A stretch of DNA of 63,552 nt, the filler included, from Reclinomonas americana ATCC 50394 (taxonomy: Eukaryota): NCBI GenBank assembly GCA_048213135.1. It is 14 parts of 14 records of this genome, joined end to end, with 100 filler letters (N's around TTAATTAATTAA, not from the genome) between each part and the next. Parts side by side here need not be neighbours in the genome. Positions count along the whole stretch, not along the records: positions 22,581 to 26,325 come from AFZH01020910.1; positions 26,426 to 28,950 come from AFZH01020911.1; positions 29,051 to 31,762 come from AFZH01020912.1; positions 31,863 to 40,579 come from AFZH01020913.1; positions 40,680 to 43,815 come from AFZH01020914.1; positions 43,916 to 45,976 come from AFZH01020916.1; 8 more parts are not named here. The stretch is one strand, 5' to 3'. Of this stretch, positions 26,052 to 44,182 are shown one piece after another. The position numbers and the translations under genes are program-made. The number at the start of each line of letters is the position of its first letter. Position 1 is the stretch's first letter. The notes below the pieces were generated by a model. It searched no databases, was not told where the DNA came from, and worked only from the letters and a program-made list of their open reading frames with translations.

Positions 26052-29000
26052 CAGCATCATTCTCTTCGCTCGTTCCCAGTTCGATTCTGGCCGGCGTCGG
26101 TGTGACACACCAACTTCGTGTGTCAGGAACTGGCTTGCTACCGCCTGGCGCGCGCACGGTGCCGACAGACCCAGTGGCATTGGTGGTGGATGCTGCGTCC
26201 AACCCGACGTGCAGCAACGCCGACATTTCCGCTGTGCGGTACACGACGTCTTTGTCGTCGGCCAGCACCACGCAGTTGGTGTTTGGCTTCGATGCCACCG
26301 GCGTGTCAACTGGTGTCTATCGATTNNNNNNNNNNNNNNNNNNNNNNNNNNNNNNNNNNNNNNNNNNNNTTAATTAATTAANNNNNNNNNNNNNNNNNNN
26401 NNNNNNNNNNNNNNNNNNNNNNNNNGGCGACAGCCATCACGAACAATAGTATCAGTCTGGGTGTTCCGTATCTGGGACTGAGCAATGTGTCTGGCACGTA
26501 CCAGATATGTGCATCGTGGGGAACAGGAGCGCCGTTTTCCAGCGTCGGCACACTTGACGTGGGTTCGTATCGTGGTGTTTTCTTTGCTTGAGAGATCAAT
26601 CAACTCACTTGCGTGGATACATGTGTGTGTTCTATGATGTGCACAGCTGGGTTCTCGTCCGTGTCACCTGCTGCTGTCAGCATTGGCGGCGTTGGGTCGC
26701 AGCAGTCGTTCAACATCAACGGTCAGTCGTTCACGGACCTCACGACAGGTGGAGATGCGCAGGCGGTTGTTGTTGCGCGGTCGTGCTCTCCAATCAACAT
26801 GGCGGATGCGTGGACTCGCGTGCCGAGCAGTGTGTCGTTTGTGTCGAGTACTCGCATCTCGTTTGTGCTTGGCTTGAACGGGTTGGCCGCGATCAACGGG
26901 CTTCTTGTGTGCGTCCGCTTCTCGTCGACATCACTGTACACATCAGCCGGAACCATTGCGATCGGTGCGTTATTTGTTGGCGGCGAGAGAGAGGGAGAGA
27001 AACAACAAAGGAGAGCTTGCGACAGTCATTCACATTATGAGTGTGCTCACATGCTCTCTCTTCTCCGCAGAGGATTTGACGATCGATGCCAGCAGCATTC
27101 CAAGTACAGTGTTCCGCGGCTTCGAGTACACTCTTCGATGGCGGTGCTGGTCACGCGATGTGAATGCTCGAGTGGCGGTGACTGTGCAGCGTGTGTGTGA
27201 CAGCAGCAACGTGCGCGCTGTTCTTGAAGCCTATCCGGCTCGGTGCGATGCTGGCGCCACGCTCAACTCGCGAGTGTGGGTGGCGGTGGGGATGGACGAA
27301 GCTGCTGCGGGCACGTATCAACTGCAAGTGCAGCTGATTGATGTGGACGGACTGTCGCTGAGCCGCACATCGTCTGCATTCGGGTCGTCGCTCAGCAGCA
27401 TTGTGGTCAACTCGGTGTCGGTGGCGTCGGCGGACAGCGTCAGCCTCGTATTCACATGTAGAAACGAACTTGTCTCGGCCGTACAAGTGTCGGTTCGGAC
27501 GGCGACCAGTGCGAGTACCGAGACGGTAATTGGCAGCAATGTGGCGGCCACGTGCGGGCCGAGTACCGCCAGCCAGACGTATGTGTGGCAGCCGAGTGTG
27601 TCGTTTTCGGGGGCCGTTGATCTGGCACTGGATGTGGCCGACTTGCCGCGACTGACGAGTCGGTCGTCGAGTGCGATGTTTTCGTTGCCGACGATGGATG
27701 CGACGGGTGTGCGAGTGGTGGTGCCGACGGGTCACAGTGGTGTGGTGTTTGTGGGCGTGCAGTACACGATTGGGTGGCGGTGTGCACGAGCAGCAACTAG
27801 CAGCGTCGACGTGACCGTGAATGGAACGATTACAGTGGGAACTGGTGTGTCATCTACGTGTGGCAACTTGACGGTGGAAAACACGACGCAGTGGACGGTG
27901 AACAGCAGTCTGAGCGGATCGAACAACACGCGGGTGTCAGTGCAACAGACAGGCTATGCCGGCGCAGCCGGTCAGTCGTCCGTGATGCAGGTGCTGACGG
28001 CGAGTGCGACTCCGACGGGCGGCATGTTTCCGAGCACTGTGTACGAGGGCTACACGTACTCCGTGCCGTACACGTGCAATGTGCCTGGCGGCTACGTGCG
28101 GCTGCTGGTATCGGTGACAGGCAGTGCGAATGCGGCGGATACGGTGGAGGTGGCACGAGTGACGTCGTCGTCGACCGCGGCATGTGCGTCGACGGCGCTG
28201 AGTTGGACTGTGGCGCGTGCGGCATTGGCCATGGGCGGTGCGGCGGCTGGCGGGTACACGGTGTCGATTGAGGTGATGCACAGTGCACTCGTCTTTGGTG
28301 CTGCGAGCGGCGCGGTGAGTGCCGTCGGACAAGTGGGAGCCGTTGCAGACACGTTCACACCGGTGCCAGTGGTGATCACTGCTGGTGGCATGCCGACTGT
28401 GGTGAGCACTGTCAGCACGGACACGCTGTACCGCGTTCGATTCGGCTGTGTGGCGAATCCGCTCGTCGGCACGAATGTGGTGGTGGAGGCGATGGCACCG
28501 ATGTCGACGGCACCGATTGTGATTGGCACTGTGAATGGCGCGATGGCGTGTCCGAGTGGCTCCATGACCGTTGATTGGCGACCGCCGTCGGCACTGGTGT
28601 CTCTGGGCGGGTCGGTGGTGTTGTCGGTACGTGATGCGGCTGCTGCTGGAAGCAAGCGCACAAGTTCGAGCAGTGTGACGGTGGTCGCGTGGCAGCTGGC
28701 GGTGCGCATTGTGTCGGTGTGGCCGGAGCGTGTCAATGTCGGTGTGCGCTGTGCGCATCAGCTGGTGACGGCGGTGAATGTGGTGGCATCGAACGGAGTG
28801 ACGTTGCAGACGGGTGCACCGCTGACCTGCGCCAGTGCGGCGACGGAGAGTTTACTGTGGTGGAGCACGAGCACGTTGCCTGTGGGGACGTCACTGACGG
28901 TGCAGTTGGTGTATGCAGCCGACGCAACGATTGCGGTAACGAGTGCGGCANNNNNNNNNNNNNNNNNNNNNNNNNNNNNNNNNNNNNNNNNNNNTTAATT

Positions 29001-31723
29001 AATTAANNNNNNNNNNNNNNNNNNNNNNNNNNNNNNNNNNNNNNNNNNNNAGTGGAGAGAGAGAGAGCAAGGAGGAAACGCCTAATGGCGGACGAGAATA
29101 GAGAGCACACGATGGCGAGACGGCAAAGGAGCCGCAGACGTGGGAGAAGAATGCGAGAGAGGGAGGAGAGAGAGAGAGAGGCCGAGAAAGGGAGAGATAT
29201 TGAGAGGACATAGAGAGGGAGAGAGTGTGGGAGCGAGAGAGCAAGGAAGAATCGCCTGACGACGACAGACGGGAGTAGAGAGCATACAAAGGCGAGACGA
29301 CATCGAACCGCAGACGCGGGATGCGAATGAGAGAGAGAGAGAGAGACTGTGAAGGCACGAGAGTGGGAGTAGATATATTGAGAGGGAGAAGAGAAGAGAG
29401 AGAGCACGAAATGAAGAAAACAGCACCTGCTCACCCGCTCGTTGTGCACAGCATCCTTGTTCAGTGTGACGTCTCTCCAGCTGCCGTGGACAACACCGCC
29501 GACGGCGTTTGAGGTCAGCGCCATCACACTGCAAGTGCAGTGCAACCTGCCGTCGGTGACTGGCGTCAGTGTGGCTGTGTTGCCGGCTGGAGGTGGCGCT
29601 GCTGTTGTGGTGGTGCCATCACAGGCGGTGACGTGCGCTCTTGGAGGAACCACGTTGACGGTGGGACCGGCTGTCGTCGGTGCGCAGCCGACTGGTGTGT
29701 CATACGTATTGCAAGTGACGGGGACGGACGGTGGCTCGTTTGCACCTACTGCCACGTCGTCGGCCTTCGTCCTGTCTGGTGAGTTTCTGAGGTGGTGCTG
29801 ATGGACATGTTCGGTGTCTGCCTCTTGCTGACACATCTCACAGCGCCGATGTTTACGATGACGTCGCCTGCCGCCGACACGGTCCTGTATCACAACTACC
29901 AATACGAGGCAACGGTGCAGTGCGTGCAAGACAGCGCGAGCGGATCGGTCGATGTTGATGTGCTGCTTGTGGGTGGCGGCGGAACGACGACTGTCGCTCT
30001 CGCCACGGCATCGCTGCTGGAATGTCATCCGCGTGCGGCAGGTGCCACCTGGCCGACCGTGTCCTTTGCTACTCCAGCGACGACTACTGAAGGCGTGTGG
30101 ATATTGCGAGTGCAGTTGAGCTCGTCGCCGACCACCGTTTTCGATGGTGTCAGCGTGACAGTTCGTCGTGCACTGGCCATGGTGAATCCAGTGATCAGCA
30201 GCGCGACGCCAATCTTCACGGGCGAACTGATTCGCGTCGGCTTCCAGTGTTTCGGCAATCCGCAAATCACGGCAGTGGAGGTCATTGCGCGGCAGTCATC
30301 TGGAGCGACGATTGTTGTGCGCCGAATCGATCCGTTTGTGTGCGATCTCACCTCCCCGGTGACTGCGTTCGACTGGCGTGTCGACGCGACACTGCCTTCG
30401 CAGCCTATCGGTCTACTCGTGCGTGACGCGGTGCGCACCAGTGCCGAGTCGGCGGCCATCCAGGTACCGCAGTTGTATCGCACGCAGTTGCGCAATGCGT
30501 CGGTGCGGGCGGCCGATGGGGATGTGGCGGTGGTGGTGGCCGGTGAGGATATCGAAGTCGGCTGGCAGTGCAACAATCCCGCCACGCAGTCCATGCAGCT
30601 GCGCTTGATTCGTGCCGTCAGCAGCCTCACCTCGTCGGCGGTGGAGGCCACGGTGGTGGTGTCGCCGGTGCGATGTTCACCGCAATGGGACGCGAAGAAC
30701 GTGTATGTGTGGACACTGCCTGCCGAGGTGAAGACCGACACGTATCAGGTGGAGGTGTACGACAATCTGCGCAATGTGGCGTTGAGGACGCTGGCATTTG
30801 CCGTGCAACGTGAGTTTGATGAAGAGAGGGTGAAGAGGGGAAGGGGAATGAGAGGGGAAGGGGGAAAGAGGGGAAGTGGAAAGAGTGGGGAAGGGGGAGA
30901 GAGGGGAAGGGGAAAGAGAGGGGAAGGGGAAAGAGAGGGGAAGTAGAAAGAGAGGGTGGAATTGTGAGGAAAAGAGAAGCTGAGATTGAAGCAGGAGGGA
31001 CGAGCAGAGAAACGAGATGTTTTGGGTTTGCGGGGAGGGTGAAGCGAAGGAGAGGAAGTAGAAAGAGAGGGTGAAAGTGTGCGGAAAAGATAATCTGAGA
31101 GTGAAGCAGGAGGGACGAGAAGAGAAACGGGGTGCTTTTGGGTAGCGGGGAAAGTGCTGAAGGAGAAGGAGAGGAAGCCGCATGAGGAGAGTGCAAGGAA
31201 AAGATAAGCAGTGAGTGAGGCAGGAGGGACGAGAAGAGAAAACAAGTCGATGTGGGGCTTTGGGGACAGTGAGGGGGACGGAGAGGAAGTGGAAGGAGAG
31301 GAAGGCGCATGAGGAGAGTGCAAGGAAAAGATTAGCAGTGAGTGAGGCAGGAGTCGATGTGGGGTTTGGGGACAGTGAAGGGGAAGGAGAGGAAATGGAA
31401 AGAGAGGAAGGCGCATGAGGAGAGTGTACGCTAAAGGGAGACAGAGAGTGCGGCTGGAGGAATGAGAGGAGAAAATCGAGCGCATTAGAGTTTGCAGGGA
31501 AAATGAAGAGGAGATAGGGGACGCAGAAAGAGAGGAGCCCGCAGAGCGAGTCCCTTTTGCTCCTTCGATAATGTGGGGGGAAGAGATGAGTGTGATTATG
31601 TACTCTCTCTGCAAGTGAAGTGCAGAGTCGCTCACCTCATGAGAGAGGGAAGAGAGTGCGTGTGTTAATGCAGGATGGAACTCAGTTTGCTGCAGCATTG
31701 CAAGGTAGCGGTATTTTGTGCTG

Positions 31724-31758
<35 letters not shown>

Positions 31759-33766
31759 CTCCNNNNNNNNNNNNNNNNNNNNNNNNNNNNNNNNNNNNNN
31801 NNNNNNTTAATTAATTAANNNNNNNNNNNNNNNNNNNNNNNNNNNNNNNNNNNNNNNNNNNNGGACGCGCTGTCAGTGCTGGGTGAGTTGGGAGGAAGGG
31901 AGTGGCGGGGAAGGCAGAGACTGAGTCCGAGTTAGGCATTCGATAATAGGAGGGATAGTAATGGGGAAGTGGGATGGCGGTGAGGTGGGAGAGAAGTCGG
32001 GCTGGAGGAAAGTGGAGGCTGAGCTGAGAGACAATGAGAGAAAGGTGAACGAAGTATGTGCGGCAGAACAAGAGGTGGTCAGATCGAAGGCACAATCAAC
32101 GTCGGCATAGGCACCGTCTGCTATTTGTATTTGCATCGTGAACGCAGCAAGCGAGACATAGAGCAGAGTGCATGGACGAGACTTGATCAGATAGAGGACT
32201 CAGTTGACGAAGGCACCGCCTTGCATTGTGCCACCACAACGTGTTCAGGGCTCCAATTAGTTTCCTTGATGTGTTTGAGAGTTTGTGACGTGAGCACCGC
32301 GTGGTGCTTGTATTTGCATCGTGCCACCACCTCTTGGTGTAGCGCCTCTCCTGCGATCCATTGATACATTCACTGACTCTGTTTGGTTTCCCCCGCAGCT
32401 CCTCCGTTGCAACCCGTCATGAACACGAACACGACGACGACTCCGGTGCTCGAGTACACGGACGGTTACACACTCAAGTGGCAGTGTCTGCGTCGAGCCG
32501 TGGCCTCGCAGCGCGTGCATGTGTTGCTCACTGCCAACCCGCGCAACTCGACCGCCGTTGTCACTGGCAGTGGCACGACGAGTCCGTCATCTGAAAGTGG
32601 CCTGCCGTCGACTGCGAGTTTCGTGGCTTGGTGCCGCGCTGCATGCTGTCGTGATCTCCGTGAATTAACTCGCCGTGTGCGATTCCGTTGCAGTTGTTGG
32701 CAGCCTCAATCACGTGGTGGTTTCGGGTGCCAGTGCACAGCATTTCTGGATCGTAGCGTTCAACATTACATCGACATGCAGTTGCGTGTCCACGCTGTTT
32801 CTGTCGGTTGGAGGTGGACTTTTCGTCTCATTTTTAATGTGTGAACACAGCGGAGAGCAACAGCACGAGTTCACGCGCTGCTGCCGACGACGTGTTCAAC
32901 AGCATCAGCTTCTCGGCGGCCTCGTCGCTTGCCAGCCAGGACCTCATTTATCAGGTGACATTTGCTGCGCTCTGCTCTCTTCTTCTTTCTCAAACGGACA
33001 CACTCACTTGTTGCTGCTGACTTGGCAGGCGACGGTGATGGATGCCGATCAGCCATCGGTGGTCGCTCGGAGTGCCGAGTTCACACTGCAGAGTTTCGTG
33101 GCATGCGCAGTGCACACGAGTCGTGCAGCGACTGACACAGCTCTCTCACTTTATTTTACCGCAGGTCCGACCTCGACATCGTCAACAGATACCAGCAGCA
33201 GCAGCAGCAGTGGCGGAGGGAGTCGCGGACTCGCCAGTTGGGCGATTGCGCTCAGCGTGGTCCTGCCGTTGCTGTTTCTCCTTTTGCTACTTCTGCTGCT
33301 GTTGTGGTTCCTGCGCAAGCGGCAACTGCAGAAGCGGCTGCGCGACAAGCACGAGCGGCAGTTTGAGAGTGCGCGCGTCAAGTTCGACAGTGTCAGTCCG
33401 GTCAGCGCGAGTGGCGTGGAGCCTTTGTTGCAGGCGGCGGCATCACGGTCGCCATCGTCGCCGCCGGCTTTGTTACTTCCGCTCACACCACCTCCACTTC
33501 CGTCCTCGCCAGTGTCGCCAATGCATGGTCACGTTTCGAGAGGCCTTGTGTTGACGCCGCTCGAGTTGCCGTCCACGCCCACCTCGAGTGCACGTGAACA
33601 GGAGGGTGGCGATACAGATGTACGCAGTCGTCAGCATCTGCGTGCGCCTGCAATCGCCGCCGCTGCGGTGTTTGCGCCACCGTCGCGTGCGCTGCTGACT
33701 TTGGTGAGTTCTGTTGTTCAGCATCGTCAGCTGGGAGGAGAGAATGCTGAGAATGATGGAATGTAG
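16631..33766 (+). CDS. Giant type-I membrane protein: signal peptide, NHL-repeat beta-propellers, FN3-like and Ig/IPT-like Ser/Thr-rich domains, single TM, Pro/Ser-rich tail; crosses six gaps
   Basis: Signal MSRSAIHHLVLLATAVVIIAASCTVAHG; many YVADxxNxxIR...VTTxAG...DGxGxxARFNxPxG repeats (18040-23440); TGLTTNTIYYYRAVA; TM WAIALSVVLPLLFLLLLLLLLLWFL-RKRQ (about 33240-33320). Continuity across gaps and the exact last exon are inferred. Confidence 0.8.
30830..31430. repeat. Purine-rich diverged tandem repeats in a long intron
   Basis: Recurrent GCAGGAGGGACGAGAAGAGAAA and GCATGAGGAGAGTGCAAGGAAAAGAT blocks. Confidence 0.75.
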
Positions 33767-33974
33767 ACTAGATTGGTGTTTGCGGAGATGGATGCTCTAG
33801 AGACTGTAATTTTTTCTTAGCTTCTAGACTTGAAAGTACTTCTGGGTACTGACTGTATCAGTGCCGTCATGGACAATCACCTGCTTTCACCCAGTTGTTC
33901 TTGATTGTCCTGTTAATTCTTGTTTTTTCTTGCACGTGTGAGCAAGCGCACCCTTTTGTCTGTGTCAACTAGCC

Positions 33975-34115
33975 ATGAACCACCATCCGAAAGATCCCCC
34001 ACGTCCGCCGCGTCCGATTGTTGGTCCGCGCCCTATTGTGGGCCGCCCTCACCCACTGCCTTACCCGAAGCCGGGACCCATTGGACGTCCTCAGGGGGGG
34101 CCTGTGCTGTACTAG
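33975..34115 (+). CDS. 46-aa Pro/Arg-rich small ORF MNHHPKDPPRPPRPIVGPRPIVGRPHPLPYPKPGPIGRPQGGPVLY (below the ORF-track cutoff)
   Basis: GCC-ATG context; 16 Pro and 7 Arg/Lys; the tandem PRPIVG copies differ at four third-codon positions, all synonymous. Confidence 0.6.
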   Translation: MNHHPKDPPRPPRPIVGPRPIVGRPHPLPYPKPGPIGRPQGGPVLY

Positions 34116-35619
34116 CCGATGGTCGTTCCTTGTCCACTAGTAGTTCATCGCACAGTGGGACTGTCGGCCTTGCGCAGCGTCGTGTACTTGTTCTTAGTCT
34201 TTGGCTTTCATCCACAGAAACAACAACAACAATTCATTCACCAACAAACAAGCAACAGCTGTCTTGATGACCAAGTTCAACCTGAATCCTTCGCTGCGAC
34301 ATGAAAAAGTCATCCGTCTGTGATCGCGTCTCGCTGCGCGTTGCTACATTAAATGTGACAGCGCTTGCACGCCAGTGGAGTTCGAAAGCGGACAAAAACA
34401 GGAACAGCTTGTTCTGACCTTGGTGTCATGTGCGTGCAGGCGTGCGTGTCTCGTGCACTGCTTTGTACTCGATTGTGTTGTATTGATGCACTTGCCGTCG
34501 CATTCTTCCTCGTGAGAGAGAAGTGCGCACGTTGCTTGATCATCTCAGCGCCCATGCTGAAACATTTTGCGCCACGAAATCCTTTTGAGGCCAACACGCG
34601 TTTGCTTGGCTTTGTCTCCTGAAAGGGAAGATGTCTGTTGGAGAAGATTTATCTATGTGTTGATTATTGTTGGTGTGCCAATGGTCATCGTCGGCAAGGG
34701 ATTTGTGGACATTTGTCGCATTATTGGATGTGGTGAATGAAGTGTTTTTCTTTCTTGACTGATTTTGAAGATCTAGACGCAAGTTTATGGATACCCAAGA
34801 TGCACCAATCTCTATTCTTCTACAGTCTTTTTTATCGCTCGAGCTCTGCAAAGCAACCATTGGTGGTGGTACGGCCGTGGTATCAGCTGAGCTGCAGCTG
34901 CAGCCGGCGGCAGACTTGCAGCGCCTCTATTCAAATTTATACTTTCCACTGTTGCTCAGCGCGACATGTTTTTAGTGTCCCTTGCACTGCTCCGCACTGC
35001 GCAGCACCACCGTGTGCGTACCGAAAAGTGATGGAGACGATCATGTAATTCAGAGAGGCGGACAAAACAAGAAGAGCTGGCTGGCAGCTAGCTGGCTCAC
35101 TATTATCATTTCTATTAAACTCGCAGCGAGTGCGTGCACTGTCTGCGTCCATGTCGGCGGAAGAGACGATGAAGAATAATACGAGAGGAAGCGCTGGTGG
35201 TGAGTGGGTGTTGCAGCATCGAAACAGTACTCGCTGCTTCATGTTGTCGCTCATTCAGACCTCAATCAGCGGCTGCCAGTGCAGCTGTCCTCTCTGACCC
35301 ACCAGTGCTCGCTGTTCCACCGCCTCGAGCTCGCGGTTCACGCGACCGGCATTCACGAGTTGCGAATCGTAGCGCAGCGCAGTGCGTGTCACATGTGTGT
35401 GTGTTGTCTCTCTCACTCTCTCTTTCTCTCTCTCTTTCACTCTTTCCCTCCCTCCTTCTCTTGCCCTCTCTCTCTCTCTCCATGTACATTCTCGCCCTTT
35501 GCTGCAACTCTTTGTCTTTTCAGTGATAGGTGTTTTGCTCTTCGTTCACGCGATGCGCACACGTGCAGAACTCACATGTGTGGTTGACGCAGGGGCTTTC
35601 TGGTGGCGATTCACTCGGC

Positions 35620-41042
<5,423 letters not shown>

Positions 41043-41085
41043 GGGAGACTGCGCGATATCGATAGATCAAGATGATGTATTGCAC

Positions 41086-41540
41086 GCACATACCGATCAA
41101 GGGTTGAGGGTGGAAGAGAGACACTGACTGCATGCACACACCGATCAAGGATTGAGGGTGGAGGAGATACAAATTACACGCACACCGATCAAGGGTCGAG
41201 GATGGCAAGAGACACTGATTGATCATGGGTTGAGAGTGGAAGAGAGACACTGATTGCACGCACGCACACCGATCAAGGGATGAGGGGGGAGAGAGATACT
41301 TATCACACGCACACACGCTGATCGAGGGCTGAAGGTGGAGGAGAGACACTGATTGCACGCACACACCGCTCATGGGTTGAGGGTGGAAGAGAGACACTGA
41401 TTGTACGCACGCACACCGATCAAGGGATGAGGGGGGAGAGAGATACTTATCACACGCACACACGCCGATCTGAGGGCTGAAGGTGGAGGAGAGACACTGA
41501 TCACACGCACACACCAATCAAGGGTTGAGGGTGGATAAGC
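41086..41540. repeat. About 46-bp minisatellite, roughly 10 copies (CACACCGATCAAGGGTTGAGGGTGGAAGAGAGACACTGATTGCACG)
   Basis: Units visible immediately after the ABC stop codon; same family recurs at 54903-55180. Confidence 0.92.
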
Positions 41541-42300
41541 CAGTATGCAAAAGACTGCGTTGTCCAGGAAGGGAGGAGGGAGAACGGAGGGAAGGGAGGG
41601 GAAGGGAGGGGAAGGGAGGGGGAAGAGCAAGGGGGAGAGCAAGGGGGAAGAGAGGGGGGAAGAGAGGGGGTAAGAGAAAGGAGAGCTGGAAGATTGAAGA
41701 ATGAAGAATGAAGAACGATGAGCAGCGCACACCAACTCGGGATACGTGGGAAGCGGCGGTACATCAACAACAGAGGGACCTGCGTGACACGCGTGTCAGC
41801 ATGCTTCAAGAACTGCTCTCTCTCTCTCTCTCCAACATCGCGTCACATTCTCAGCTCTCCACAACGCCACTCACCCATCGCCGCCGCTGGTGACGAAGCG
41901 CACGCAGTGGCATCGCCCGCCACCAAGAGAGATCTCGTGGTGGTGCATCGGAGAAGTGCAGATTGTCATACCACGACGCCGAATGATGAGGACAAGGCAG
42001 AGGAGCCCACGTGTACTACCGCATAGGGTGCTCTCGCAGTACATCGGTGTACAGCGAGTCGGCTGCCATAGTGGCGGTGGAAACGATAAGCCTCGAAGCT
42101 GTTTGTTTGATCTCCACTCGTCGTCTACTCAATTCCAGAATCAAGGTTCCAACTCAACCGACGATTCATTCTGCAATCCGTCGTTGTAAATGGCGTTTTC
42201 ATTCTTTTTGGAGGAAGGGAGGGAGGGAGAGATTGAGAGAGAGAGAGATAGAGAGAGAGAGTGTGGAAAACAAGAATCAGAAGAGAGCCGCAGCGAGCTC

Positions 42301-43031
42301 TCAGGTATTCAAGAACAGCACGTCGAGTTGGAGGTGCACGCCAGCGGCGACAGTCGTCAATACGCCGACATCGAACATTAGGTATCGGAGCCATTGCATG
42401 CGCAGCATGAAGAAGAGCGAGTGCATCAGTCGTGCAAAAGTGAACACGACAAAGTACACCACAAAGGCGTTCTGGCGTGCGCCCTCGAGGCTCCTTGTGA
42501 GTACCAGCAAGATGCCAATGATGAGGAAGATTGGGATGTTCTCCACGTCATCCCTGCCAGTCAGCACAAGCAAGAGAGTGAGTGAGTGTTGCTGATTGCA
42601 GATGCAAGATAAACGAACCGCAGCATGGCAGTGCCGCGATCGACGCGCGACAGGATGCTGCTGATGCCGCCGACGACTACTCCTTCACCGAGAATGGCCA
42701 CCTCCTTGTGGGCGGCCGCAGGCTCTGGTTGGAAATCCTGCAAGTGCGGTGTGCGCGGAGTTCAAAGGTCAGCGGGTGTAACAAGCAAGACTTTTGACAA
42801 GGAGACGACATACTTCAGGCGCAAGCGGTCGGCCCTCCTGCCGGCGTGCCACCGAGGTATATATGGCACTTGCCAACATCTTGCACAGAGAGACAAAGAA
42901 GCAGCGTCAGAGGATTCGGAAACTGCAAAATCTGCGCTTCTTCTTTCGCAACAAACCTTGACGTAGAGGGTGACGGTGCAGACGGAGAGGGCCTGCACGG
43001 CCATATTGGTTCCTTGGACGATGACAGACAT
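42301..43031 (-). CDS. MAPEG family protein (microsomal glutathione S-transferase 1 / PTGES-like), 4 exons
   Basis: ...VTLYVK|MLASAIYTSVARRQEGRPLAPE|DF...VDRGTAMLR|DDVENIPIFLIIG...YFVVFTFARLMHS...QWLRYLMFDVG. Confidence 0.88.
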
Positions 43032-43614
43032 GGTGACGAGGGTGATTGCAGTTGCTTTGTTGGCGGTGGTGGTGTCGATTAAAGTCTGCACAACTGCACG
43101 ACGGCGAAAGCATCGGTAAGAAAGAAACGCACGGTGTCTGACAGACGAGCACGAGGCTCCAGGGGAGGAGAGGAGGGGGGAGAGTAAGAGGTATCCAACT
43201 GCGCTGGGGGGTGCTCTCGCTCTCGCCACAACGATTCGGATGCAAATAATAGAGAGAGGTGATTCGGAAAAATGGTTCCCGCCAGGACAACTAAACGCAA
43301 AGGTGCGTTTAATCGTCTGTGCCCGCGACGTCGACGCGATCTATGGCTTTTATAGTGGCGCACCCTTCACGTCAGAGAGTCTCTCAAAGGAGTTGGCGGC
43401 CTCGCAGGCGCTCGGCGGAGAGAGATAGGAGACTGACGAAAGAATCCGATGGTGGAGACTGTTGTCATGTCGATTCTTCTGTTTCACTGGCAATTGAACA
43501 GGTGTGTGTGTGTGTGTGAAAGAGAGAGAGAAATAGAGGAGAGTAGTAGAGCGAGAGTCTTTGGGAGAGAGTGTCTTCGGCAACGACGCATCTGGACGAT
43601 GACGCGTACGGAAG

Positions 43615-43661
<47 letters not shown>

Positions 43662-44011
43662 GACGGTAAGGGGAAGACGGGAAGGGGAGACGGAAGGGGA
43701 AGAGTAGGGAAGGGGGAGAATGATGCACGTACGGAAAAGGAGCTGCTGTACCGGCCAAGGCGGATGTACGGTACAGCAGAGAATCAAGAAGAGAGCCGCA
43801 GGCGAGCTCTCAGGTNNNNNNNNNNNNNNNNNNNNNNNNNNNNNNNNNNNNNNNNNNNNTTAATTAATTAANNNNNNNNNNNNNNNNNNNNNNNNNNNNN
43901 NNNNNNNNNNNNNNNGAGAGGAGGAAGGGAAGGGAAGGAAGGAAGGAAGGTAACGTACTTACTTTCGTTCGTACGTACGACGTACGTACGTAGTACGTAC
44001 GTTACTCTCTC

Positions 44012-44059
<48 letters not shown>

Positions 44060-44182
44060 CTCTCTCCCGTACAAACACACACACGCATACCTTTCATGAT
44101 GCAACAACGAATCGAACATGAGTCCTTTTCACCTCTCGCATCCCTCACTCCCTCGCTCGCGCACTCTCTTCCTCACTCATCC

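Noticed and set aside
41086..41540. Possible CRISPR-like array
   Set aside because: Whole units are homologous, with no unique spacers and no cas genes.
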